Shown here in pieces: positions 12,372 to 25,292 of a DNA stretch of 64,000 bases. Both the position numbers and the translations under genes were made by a program. Position 1 is the stretch's first letter, and every line of letters starts with the position of its first letter. The notes under the pieces are model-generated. The model did not search any database. It was not told the DNA's origin and was given only the letters and a program-made list of their open reading frames with translations. Location of the stretch: assembly GCF_009914755.1 (NCBI RefSeq), contig NC_060937.1; one strand, given 5' to 3'. The stretch comes from the human T2T-CHM13v2.0 reference genome, Homo sapiens.

Positions 12372-14394
12372 AATCGGAAAAGAAAAAGGATAAATCTAGG
12401 AGGTCCAACATCAAAATAGGATGCATTTCTATTTTGGAGAGAGAACAGAAGGAAGAGAATTATCAAATAATTTAAGAATTGTTCCAGAACTGAAGGACAC
12501 AAGTCTCCAGTTAAATGAGATGACCAAATGCCCACCACAAGAAATGAAAAAGCCCTCCACCAAAGCACACCACCCTGAAACCTTAATCACTAGGCATAGA
12601 GAGAAAATACTAAAAGCTTCCAAATGGAAGAAACAAGTTACAAACACAGGGACTAGGAACAGAACCACTTTGCTGGCAGTCAGAAAAAGATGAAGAAAAT
12701 GTCTTTAAAATTCTGAGAGAAAAGAGTTTTTTTATCCAGAATTCTTTACTTGGCCAAATCATCATTTGAGTGTAAAGGTAGAATTAAAACATTTTTAGAT
12801 ATTTCAGACACCAAAATGGAGGAGCAAATCAAGAAAAAAGGCAGGCATGGGAAATAGGAACCAGGAACTCAGATACTGGAGGAAAGGAAGGGAATCAGCA
12901 GGCTGGAGTGCAGGGAGATCTCAGGGGGACTGCTGCTGGACAAGCCCAAGCTGCAGCTGGTCTGTACCTGGTCTGCAATGGTAAGGGAAGATGGAGAACT
13001 CCAGGAGGGAGAGCTTCCGTGCTAATGAACACACAGATTATCTAACACATCTAAGCATTTGCAGGGCACAGGTGAGCTACTGATAGGTGTATGATAGATC
13101 TAATGGAACAATTAGATAAGCTCAAAGGCAGTTTTACTGAAAACAGAGCAAGGAAGAAAACACGGAATGCTCATAAAATATACATGACCCATATTATTTT
13201 TTCATTTTTTTGTGGATTTACCTTTTAAAAGTTAACTTTATTGAGAAGGTAACAGGAAGAAAAATTGCATGGCAGGAATGGTTTAAAACTGCTAAATCCT
13301 AATCTACTACAGCTTGATTACCTAACATCTAAAATGGAAAAAGCAAGAAATAGTGTAAGTATAAATATATTACATAGAAATGTGGAGGTAAAAATGAGAA
13401 AAAACAACTAAAACTTAAAAGTGGCTGCGTCTAAGGCACCGAGTGGATAAGTGAAAAAAGAGAACTGCTATTTTTTTCTATTCATTCTATTTGCTTTTTG
13501 GGTATGTACATGTATTTTGATTAAAAAATTTAAATAAAATAAATTTTAAACACTTCAAAATAAAAGAAAGGTTTATAGGGATCTGCAGCAGTTCTTCCTG
13601 CTTCCAGGCTTCAGCAGAGCCCTTAGCACACCTGCATGTGAGGAAACTACCCGAGGCTGGGGAAAGAACCACCCAAAAGAAACAAGCAGAACAATTTTCA
13701 GAAATCACATAGGGTAGGCACCAGTTGGTATTACCACCCACCAGCCTAAATGAAAAAAAAACTCTGTAAAAAGGGATATCAGATATTCAGAAGTATACTG
13801 CCTAAGTCTCCTTCTGAATGCTTAGAAGAATTCTAATTCCCTTCAGTCTAGGACTAATTTAAGGGAAAAATGAGTCCTAGACTGAAGAGTGTTTTGGTCC
13901 TACATAAAGCAGTTTAAAAGGAAGCCCTGAAAGGTCAAACTGTTTCCAAGTAACTTAATTTTCTCTCAAAACAAAGCTCAAGAATATTTAATAAAGTCTC
14001 TAGCATCCAATAATTCACAATGTCTGGCATCCAATAAAAAGTACTAGGCATAAAAACAAGCAGGGAAATATCACTCATGAGGAGAAAAATTAATCAAAAT
14101 GACCCAGATATGACAAAGATGATTTATAGACAGGAACATTAAAAACAGTTATAACTATATTTCATATGTTCAAGAAAGTAGAGGAAAACATTAGCATATT
14201 AAGGACAGGTGTGAGAAATGTAAGAAAACCTAAATTAAATTATCAAGGTGAAAAATACAATATTTGAGAAGAAAAATACACTAGATGAGATTAACAGTAG
14301 ATTAGATAGGACAGAAGTAGTATTAGTGATATATGAGCAATAGAAACTATCCAAAATAAAACACAGAAGAAACGTTGAATAAAAAGAACAAATC

Positions 14395-14693
14395 GGCCAG
14401 GTGTGGTGGCTCATGCCTGTAATCCCAGCACTTTGGGAGGCCGAGGCAGGTGGATCTCTTTAGGTCAGGAGTTTGAGACAAGCCTGGCCAATATGGTGAA
14501 ACCCCATCTCTACTAAAAATATAAAATAGCTGGGCGTTGTGGCACACACCTGTAATTCCAGCTACCTGGGAGGCTGGAGAACTGCATGAACCCAGGAGGC
14601 AGAGGTTGGAGTGAGCCGAGATTGCGCCACTGCACTCCAGCCTGGGCCACAGAGCCACAGAGCGAGACTCTGTCAAAAAAAAAAAAAAAAAAG
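14395..14693 (+). mobile_element. Alu (AluS-like)
   Basis: Full dimer; TSD AAAAAGAACAAATC on both sides. Confidence 0.95.
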
Positions 14694-15327
14694 AATGAAA
14701 AAGAACAAATCAAAAAAAGAACAAAGTGTCAATAAGCTATGGGACAGTTTCAAGCAACCAAATATATCTGTAGTGAAGTCCCTGAAAAAAAAAAAAAAGG
14801 AGAGAAAACATTTTAAGAAATAACGGTAATTTTCCTCACATTTTACTAAAACAATAACCTACAGATCCAAGAAGCTAAACAAACCCCAAACAAGAGAATT
14901 GTGAAGAAGTCGACAAGGTGTATCATAATCAAATTGCTTACTATCAGTGATAAAATCTTAGAAGCAGCCGGAAAAAATTGCTATGTACAGAGCAACAAAG
15001 AATGATAGCCGACTTCTGGTTGGAAACAATGCTAGCCAGAAGACAGTGCAGCAACATCTTTAACTGAAAGAAAAAAAAAAACCTGTCAATCTGTAATTCT
15101 ATGCCCAGTGAAAACATCTTTCAGAAATTTAAGGTGAAATTAAGACTTTTTCAGACATACAAAAGCTGGAAGGATTCATCACTGTAACTCCTTCAGACAG
15201 AAGGAAAATGATACCAGATGAAAAAACTAGATCTACGCAAGAGTGTGAAGAGCACCAGAAATGATAACTAATGGTTAAATACAAAAACTTTTCCCCCTTA
15301 GTATTTAAATCTAAGATAACTGACTGT

Positions 15328-15452
15328 TGCCAGGTGCAGTGCCACATACCTGTAGTCCCAGCTTCTCAAAAGGCTGAGGTGGGAGAACCACTTGAGCCTA
15401 GCTAGGAGTTTGAGGCCAGCCTGGGCAACATACTGAGGCTCTGTCTATAATA
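15328..15452 (+). mobile_element. FLAM-type Alu monomer
   Basis: Single ~125-bp arm with degenerate TSD (TGACTGTT). Confidence 0.8.
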
Positions 15453-15765
15453 ATCATTGACTGTTTAAAGCAAAAATAACAATGTACTGGAATGTACTAC
15501 AATATGTAGATGTAAAATGTATGACAAAGATAGAACAACGGCTAAGAAGGGAGAAGGGAAATATACTGCTGAGTACACTATGATAAGTTAAAGATGTATG
15601 CTATAAACTCTAAATCTAATAAAGCTAACACAGGAGGATAAAATGGAATCATAGGAAAATGTATAATCTAAAAGAAAGAATAAGAGGAAAAGGGGAATAA
15701 AGAATAGAATAAAAAATGAATACCAAGATAGCAGATTTAAACCAACTGTATCAATAATCACATTA

Positions 15766-16120
<355 letters not shown>

Positions 16121-18486
16121 TCAAGCACCTCAATTAAAAAGCAGATACTGCTAGTTTGGATGAAAAAGCAAGATACAACTATATACTGCCTATAAGAAAT
16201 AGACTTTAAATATAAAAACACAAATAGGTACAATAAGAATATGGAAGAAGATATTCCATGTTAACAATAAAAGAAAGCTGAGGTGGCTATATTACTCAAA
16301 GTAGACTGCAGTGCAAAGAATATTATAAAGAATAAAGGTCATTATAATGATAAAAGGTCGATTTTATCATTATGTTCTCTGACTACAATGTAATTAAATT
16401 AGAAATCAATAACATGAGATTATCTGAAAAATACTTGGGGAAAAAATACACACGTCTAAGTAACCCATGGGTCAAATAAGCAATCAAAAGGAAGATTAGG
16501 AAATATTCTGAACTGAATGAAAATAAAAACAAGGCATATCAAAATTTATTTCAATAAATTTAACAATTTAAACAAAAATGGACAAATTCTTATAAAGACA
16601 CAACCTACCAAAACTCACATGAGAAGAAACAGATAACTTGAATAGTCCTGTATCTATTTACAAAATTGAATTTATAGTTTAAACTCTTTCTATAAAGAAA
16701 ACCTCAAGCTCAAATGGTTTCACTGGTAAATTCCACTAAATATTTAAAGAAAGAAATAATATCAATTCTATACAAACTCTTCCAGAGAGACAGAAAATTT
16801 TAAAAAACTACTTTACAACTCATTCTATGAGGCCAGCATTCCCTAAACACTAAAGCCAGATAAAGACATTATAAAAAAGAAAAACTACAGACTAATAGCT
16901 ACTTGCATTACCACAGTGTGGTACTAGTAAAATGACAGACATAGAGTAATGGAACAAAACAGAGAGGTCAAAGATACACACACACACACACACACAGAGC
17001 AAATCGATTTTCCACAAATATGTAAAGCAATTCAGAAAAGAGTCTTCAGCAAATGGTACTGGAACAACTGCAAAAAAAAAAAAATACAACTGATCCATTC
17101 TTTACGCCATATGAAATATTAACTTAAAATGGATCATAGGACTAAATGTAAAATCCCAACCTATAAAACTTCTATAAGAAAACATAAATCTTTTGAACCT
17201 TGAACCAGTAAAGATTTCTTAGGTAAGACACCAAAAGCACAATCCATGGAAGAAAAAAAATTGATAAAATGGACTTTTACCATAATGAAAAACTTGTTTT
17301 TTGAAAGATAATGTTACAAGAATGAAAAAACAAACTATAGACCAGAATTAAGTACCGCAAGTCACATATCTGATAAAGGACTTATATCCAGAATATATAA
17401 AGAACTCAAAACTCAATAGCAAGAAAACAAACAACCCATTAAAAGAAAAGGGCAAAAGACATGAACAGTCACTTTATCAAAGATATATGGATGGTAAATA
17501 AGCGCCTGGAAAAAATGCTGAATGCTATTAATTGTTAGAGAAATGCAAATTAAAACCATAATGATATACCACTACACACCTATCAGAATAGCTAAAATAT
17601 AGTTTAAATTTTAAACCTGAAAATACAAAATGCTGAAAAGGCAGAAAAATTGGAACACATATATTGATGGTGGGAATGAAAAATGGTACAACCACTTTGC
17701 AGAACAGTTTTGCAGTTATTTATAAAGTTAGACACAGAGTTTCCATAAAAACCAGTAATCCCAATTCAAGTTATTTATCCAAGAAAATTGAAAACATGTT
17801 ACCACAAAAATTTGGACATGAACGCTTAAGAGATCCAAACTGGAAACAAACCAAATGTCACTCAACTGGAGAAAAGATAAACAAACCATGGTACATCTAG
17901 ACAATGCAATAATACTCAGCAATACAAAGAAACAAACTACTGATACACATAACAACCTGAATGAATCTCAAATATATTATGGTAAGAGAAACAAGCCACA
18001 CTTAAAGACTGCAAACCATATGATTCCATTTATGAGACATTCTAGAGTAGGTAAAACTATAGAGACAAAAACCAGATCAGAAGTTCCCAGAAACTTGGGG
18101 TAGGGGAGGGAGGGGAGATTGTTATGGGTGATGGAACTATCTCATATCTAAACTGTAGTGGTGTTATGCCCACTGTTTTTCAAAACATGTAGAACTCAAA
18201 GATGGGAGCAATAAACACTGGAGACTCCAGAAGTGGGGAGGGAGGGGAGCCAGGGCTGAAAGGCTACCTATGAGGTACCTCGTTCACCACTTGGGCAACG
18301 GGATTATTAGAACCCCAAGACTCAGCATCACATAACATACCCATATTACAAACCTGTGCCTGTATGCCCTGAATCAAAACAAACAACACTATTGCTGTAC
18401 ACTAAAAAGGCAAACTTTACTATATGTAATTTACATCTTAAAAAATGAAAAGATGACTGCCCCTAAATAGCAGACTGGGAAGAATG

Positions 18487-18621
18487 AAAAAAAAAAAAGA
18501 AGAAGAAGAAGAGGAAGAAGAAGAGGAAGAAGAGGAGGAGGAGGAGGAAGAGGAGGAGGAAGAGGAGGAGGAAGAAGAGGAGGAGGAAGAAGAAGAAGAG
18601 GAAAAGAAGAAGAAAAAGAAA
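18487..18621 (+). repeat. Pure-purine (GAA/GAG)n compound microsatellite
   Basis: A-run followed by ~110 nt of GAA/GAG triplets. It explains the spurious poly-Glu ORF. Confidence 0.95.
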
Positions 18622-18666
18622 CATAATATTTTTAAAATTCTATCTAATCTTTATATTTTCATTATC

Positions 18667-19052
<386 letters not shown>

Positions 19053-20644
19053 TAAAACATTTTAAACTAAAAGAAAAAAGGGAACAAAAACTATTTTAAA
19101 AGATATAATGCAAGGACTTAAATATATTCATTGAGGAGACCTAAAAATGCCTATTTTATAACTAATTGTTCTATCATTATATAAAATGCATTACTAGGCT
19201 TGAATTTTTTAACTATAATTTTGCTCTGTTCTTAGAACTGTTGAGTTTGTTGGTGATTAATCATTCCTAAATCTCATATTAGCGTTAAAAGATTTGTAAA
19301 AATTAAATACTTGCTTTAAGTGTGAGAATTTTAAAAGTCTTAAAATGCTAATAGATTTAAATATAATCTTTTATTTATATACACCTATATATAACACATG
19401 TATTTACCCTCTGTAAATACATTTTTTCTGTATTTTTCTCTCTCTAAACATTTATAATTACTTTTAAATTGTTACAATTCTAGAAACAATTTTAAGTTTT
19501 CCCATGGCTGTCTTCACCTTATTTAGCATAACTACTAATTCCAAAAGAATATCTATAATGCTAAGAAGACCCAATGCCTTTTCTTTTTTTTTTTTTTTTT
19601 TTTTAAGATGGTAAGGGAGACTTTAAGAGGAACTACTGCAATGGGAGAGAGAGATGGGGCTCAACTCCTCTCAATGCCCTTCAGCAACAGGACTCAAATG
19701 GTTAACATTCTTATTTTACTTTTTATCTTCATGAAAATAATAAGCATTTCAAACCCAAATTTCTTCATAAATTACCACTTCTGCTTAATAGTGGTAGATT
19801 ATGAAAATCTGGAGCCACAGACAAAAAAGGAATCACAGATTTAGAAGCCAAATGATATTCTATATAAAACATCTGAAGAAGTGACAAGTTGTCCTGATTA
19901 TGATTTTCTATTTCGAGAACCTCATGCAAGTGAGGTTCTTGCATGAAGTGAAAAATGAATATTATTTCTTTTACTTTTGCACAGCTATGAAAAATAGATG
20001 CTTTGAGCACTTTTTAAAAATAACTAGTTACTTTAAGCTAATTTTCCTGTTAAATTCCAGAAGAAAACAACGATAAGCAGTCCTAAAAGACCTGGTAGGA
20101 ACTAGACTAACCAACTAACCATTTTTCTATGCATACAGAGCCACTTAGGGTCATTAGAGGCAGTCTCTTGGTGACTCTAAAACAATCAGATGAAGCTCAA
20201 TTACACAGTTGTATTTACAACGGTAAAGATAAATTTAAGGATATTACCTAGCTCCAGAATGTCTAATGTAGTACAGGCCTAGGTAAGCATTAACACATTG
20301 GCAAAGTTGACTCTGTGTGCTGGGGACACAGTGTGTTTACATAATAAATACCTCTGCTTCGATCAAGGGACACATTTCTACATTATGGCCTCCATGGGCA
20401 GCAGCTCTGTGACATAAATGAGGTCTGAGGGTTTCTTTAACCCTCTGATCTATTCAGAATTATAAAGCAAAATGGACCTTGGAGATCATTTAATTTTCTT
20501 ATTCTCTAGGTTTAGAAATGGAGGCTCAAAGGCATTAGGTGCTTTGTCCAGGGTCTACCTCATCAACTGTTGGATGGAGCATAGAACCAAATGCTGATTC
20601 AATATAGTGTGCCCTAGAAGTGCACACCAGAAATTCTAGATCCG

Positions 20645-20669
20645 TGTGTGTGTGTGTGTGTGTGTGTGT
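20645..20669. repeat. (GT)n microsatellite
   Basis: Directly visible dinucleotide run. Confidence 0.95.
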
Positions 20670-21639
20670 AAGATGTTAGACCTGGAAGAATAAAGGGACC
20701 ATAAAGTGAAATGCCCTTCTGCTGATCTCAACGGAGCCACAGTATTCATTGAAAGCCACCCATTTTACAGATTAAGAAACAAGCTGGGAGGCTGTGTGGA
20801 AACCACAGCCAGAGACCCATGCTGCATGTGAGTCAGGCAGCCTGGCTGCAGGGTTTCTGGGCCTAGTCTAGAGTGGAGCTGGTGAGCTCTTGGTGAGAAC
20901 TGGCCCTCCACAGCTTCCTTTCTGAGGCTGGGCAGGCTGACAGGGGCACTCAGATCAGTCCCAGTGCCAGTGAGGTCTACAGTTTGAGAAGGTGCTCTCC
21001 AGGCACTGGGACAAGGTCCCGACAGAGAAAGGGGCTCACCACAGACACAGAGCCACACTTGCTGACGGACACATTACTTAGTGAATGTGCCTAAAGAAGA
21101 TTTTCAAATTGTCCTTTCATTAGCCCTGACAGTTCCTTGCAAAGCCCTCAAGAGCTGTGAGAAGACGAGTTAGAGGAAGTCCAAGGGGATCAAAGAAAAT
21201 GATGCTCACTTGTAAAGAAGGCAGGCAGGCTGCGTCCCCAAGGCTTGTGGCCAGGAATAGGAGAAATGGCTTTAGCGGCAATCACTTTAAGAACTTCTGT
21301 GGTGTCCCAATATACCCCAAGGATTTTTACTCTAGGTGGTCATCAGCTTGGATCTCCTTCCATATCATCTTAGTGTGATTCTGACATTGCCACATTCTCC
21401 TATCCATGATTAAATAAGGGTAAGAAGACAATGCGATGAAAATAATAAAGTGCTGAGTGGGGCCAATGAAGTGGGAAATAAAAATTTACAATGAGAATGA
21501 GGGTCACTTTTTAGCATTTAAACCTGCTGCCAACTACTGTAAAAGAAATGGTCAACATAATACATCTTAGCTAGAAAGATATAAACTAGAATTTAAAAAC
21601 TTTCTATACATTAGCTCTTCAGCCATTTGATTTACTCGC

Positions 21640-22620
21640 ATTTATTTAACAGTGAGCACCCATGAAAGGCCAGGAACTTTAGGCTTGGCACCACAGTTAT
21701 CAAGATGAGTAAGACACAATCCTTGCTTTTAGTGACTTGGGGGCAGTTGCAGGGGGCAAGGGGAGAAAGACGTATGATATTTTGTATAATTTGAGTGTAT
21801 ATAAAAAATGATGGTTAGCAGAAAGCAGCCTGGGAGTGTTTCTGAGGGCAGAAGACTTACCCTCTGGGTGTTGAAAAACAAATAAGAGTTGTCCAGTTAG
21901 ACTACAAGGTACAAAGAGAATGAGAACACTCCATGAAAAAGGAAGGGCCAGGCAAAAGCCAGGGTCATGAAGCAGCATGCTGAGTTTGGACACCTCTCAG
22001 TAGTTGAGTGTGGCTATGGAATAGGAGGTTGGAGTTTAGCAGTGGGAGTGAAGAGAAAGGCAGTAGAAGGAAAAAAGTTTAAGACAGGCTGGGGCCTCAC
22101 AGGCCATGTGATGGGAGACTGGACTTTAGTCTGAGGGCAATGAAGGTCCACATAATAGGGTTTAAAGGGGGCAAATGATGCAATGGGATTTGTGTTTTGG
22201 CAAGGTCACTCTGACCACAATGTATAAGACTACAAGAGATGGAACTGGGGGTAAAAGGAAGGAAATAATGAGGGCCAAAACCAAGGAGCAAAGGGGAGAC
22301 AGAGAGAAAAGTGGGATGGATTCAAAGACATTGCAACATAGAACTGACCGAACTGGCTTGTGTGAGGTAAGGGAGGCAGGATGACTCACAGGTTTCTGGA
22401 TTATGTGAACAGGTGGAAGGTGATGCCATTAGCCAGAATAAGGCTGTAGGCTAAGGGGAGTAAACTGGTTCTGGGGTATAACATTGATAGGCCTTACTAG
22501 GCAGTGGGAAATACGGTTTTGGAACTCAGGTGGGGTTGGGCATAAGAAAATACTGGCATAAGAAAAGTTGTTAGGTTAGCAGTAAGTCTCCTTGGGAGTG
22601 GATGAGATTACCTCAGAAAT
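21640..22620 (-). mobile_element. LINE-2 fragment
   Basis: Degenerate L2-type purine-rich sequence (AAGGTCACTCTGACCACAATGT; GGTGATGCCATT). Confidence 0.6.
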
Positions 22621-23572
22621 CCATATAGGCAAGAGATGGTGGAGCTGGGCGGCCACACACACTGGGGCAGCCGTTTGGCATAGCAAAGACACCTGAGTTT
22701 TCTGTGGATCTAGTGGACACTACAGAAGGTGGCTAGGCTTGAGGCACTTGCAAGAACCTTGAATGGGAGAGTAGCCTCTACCCAACAAGGAGACCAAGAC
22801 AGAGAAAGTGATTTAACTGTGGAGGGAGCGGGGAAATGAAGAGATCAGGTCAGCTCTCCAATGCCAGGCACCCTAAGGTGCCAGCAAAGAGCCAGCAACT
22901 GCGTCCTTTGAGAAAGCTCATGTGGATGGCAGCCTCACGAAATGAGCCAATGGACAGTCCGTTAGACAGAAACAGACAGACGGCAGCTGCAACCGTGACA
23001 GAAGCGGGACACTGCAACAGTCAGCACAGAGACTCTGCCCCTCGGTTCTTCCTTCCCACCTCCATGCTAGCGCACTGCTACTGCCAAGAGGGAGGGACGC
23101 GTGTGAGAGCCAAAAACAGCCTCCACTCCAAGGCGCCAGTAACAGACTGGGTTCTTTTTTTCCTTTTCAGGGAAAGAGTGGGCAGAGAAGAGAGAGCTTT
23201 GATTCTGACATGAGAGTCAAATTTCAAAATGCAAAGAACGAAGTGTTTAAAAAATGGTAAGTGACTGTTTAAATGACCAAAATTAACTGGAAAGCGATGG
23301 AAATGGGTCGACATGCTAGTAAGGAAGCCTGCTACCAGAGTGAAAGGGTGATTCAACTGAGCACAATTAATAGCAGTTATTAGGAGAAATAAAAACAAAC
23401 CATGACATGCATATTTCTCACCAATGAATTGAGACTTTAAGCAAATGGCTCTGGAGGGGATCCAGAAGAATGCGGCATGAAGCCACACGCTGAGGATCAA
23501 CTGTGAGATGAGGCCATATCATGTCAGGGGCTGAGCAGACCCCAGTGAGCTATAGGGGGCACAGCCCCTTAC

Positions 23573-23640
23573 CTGTGGGGCTGTTGGGGCCACTGCATGC
23601 CCGTATCTATCCCACCGATCACCAATAGGACATCCGCCAT
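23573..23640 (-). CDS. TSC22D1: Candidate alternative coding first exon of TSC22D1 ([22 protein letters not shown]+AG)
   Basis: GCCATGG Kozak, 68 nt open, CAG|GTAAGG donor in phase 2, which is the phase required by exon 7855-7804. Predicts a 125-aa protein. Confidence 0.6.
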
Positions 23641-24129
23641 GGCTGACCGAGGAGAGGACTGCAAACTCACCAAGGGCTCCCTGGCAAGGACACCCCTGTC
23701 CTTTCCCACTTTTGCGCTCCCAGCCCCACATCAGGGACTTGTTCAGTCAGGAAAGCAGGCAGGGGACAGATATAGATGGAAACAATCCAGGTCCTCTCAT
23801 GTCAATTCCAAATTGCTAGAGACACAAGCTTAGTCCGACTTGACAGAAGAGGAGAACTTTGAACAAAACACGATATAAAGCTATCAAATAACAGAACTAA
23901 GCCTTAAGAACCCAAATGAGGTTAAGTAACGAGAAGTAACTAACAAGTCATGGAACTAAATAAAGTGAGATGTTGTAAGGCAACCCCAATGTATAGCAAA
24001 AAGGAGTGGCAGAGTTGGTGGCAACTACTCGAAAAAGGAAACTGCCGCACACTCATACCCCAGTTAATCTTTACTACTCTGAGGCGGTAGGTACCATTCT
24101 TTTCTTCATTTTAAAGTTAAAAAGTCTGC

Positions 24130-25292
24130 TTGAAGTTTATGGCCTCCTCTGTGCCCGCCCACCTGCCTAATGTGTGGATGACACCCTACAGTGGGCACGA
24201 GGGTGAGGGCAATCATATTTGCCAGTGCTCCCAGAGCCCGAGCACAGGGAGCCTGGGCCTCTGCGCCTCACAGGGCCCCATGCCACCACTGTCCTCATGG
24301 CCTGGCTGGGCTACTCATGGGGAAGGGTGAGTATGTCTTACAAAGTAACTTGGCTACACTCTAGGGACGTCTGCTTGCCTTCTGACAGCCTGGTGATGCC
24401 CCCCCAGTACCGCCAGCTGCTGAGTGACCATGGGCCACTATCCATAGGCTACACCCAGGGAGCTGGGAACAGCCAGGAGCCCCAGTGAAGAGTTGGGGAG
24501 AGATCAACCCTGCCTACGTGGAGTAAGAACAGAATAAAGAGACTAAATCGAGGCATTATTCACTCTAGAAAGCTGGTAAGGTAAGTGCTTGGCTAAAACC
24601 GAACAGAGTGCCATATCCTTGCTGCTTTTGGCTTTAAAGGTTTTCCATCTTTTTACAAGATGAGAAGTTACAGTTCACCTCCCCTGTTTCGATGAAACTC
24701 TTGTTTTCAAAATGCTAACAGGTTGGTTTTTCCTCCCATGTTTCACCTGGCTCTGAACTACAGTCTCACAGATTGAAAAAAGATTTTGCAGTTAATTAGA
24801 ATTTACATTTTCAGTAGTTAGGAATTACCCAAGTTATTTTTTAAGCATTGATTTAAAAGGTGCATGTAAAGTTATCTCAGCAAACTAGTTTGCCTCTAAG
24901 ATACCAGTGTCTCCCTTTAACCTTCTCCTTTGAATATGTTTCTGTGCCCCAAACTGTTCTGTTAAGCTAATACAACCATAAGGATTTTGTTTCAATGCAT
25001 ACTAACAGCGCACTTAGTAGCCACTCCTCGTTTCTGCTTAATATAACTTCTTTTTTGCATAAACATATGCATGACTATTAGTGCACTGAAGTCAATTTTT
25101 AAAATGCACAAGTTATAAATACAGCAGAATAACCTACCAAACTTAACAAGGAACACCCAAAATTTTCAAACTATCAGTAGATTTCGGTTATGCATACTTT
25201 AAGTTGATCAAAACTGGAAGAAAATAACTGTTTATATCTTTATATGTATTTATTACTTGATGCAATAAAGCTTATTTTCATTAACACAAACA
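24130..25292 (+). pseudogene. Processed pseudogene of CDK2AP1 (DOC-1/p12)
   Basis: Intronless peptide matches to the recalled CDK2AP1 sequence: [60 protein letters not shown]. Contains deletions, frameshifts and stops, followed by a 3'UTR-like tract, AATAAA 25264-25269 and a decayed A tail. Confidence 0.9.

Noticed and set aside
23605-23637. DVLLVIGG resembling a Rossmann or kelch motif
   Set aside because: Too short, lacks GxGxxG and any following domain; likely coincidental.
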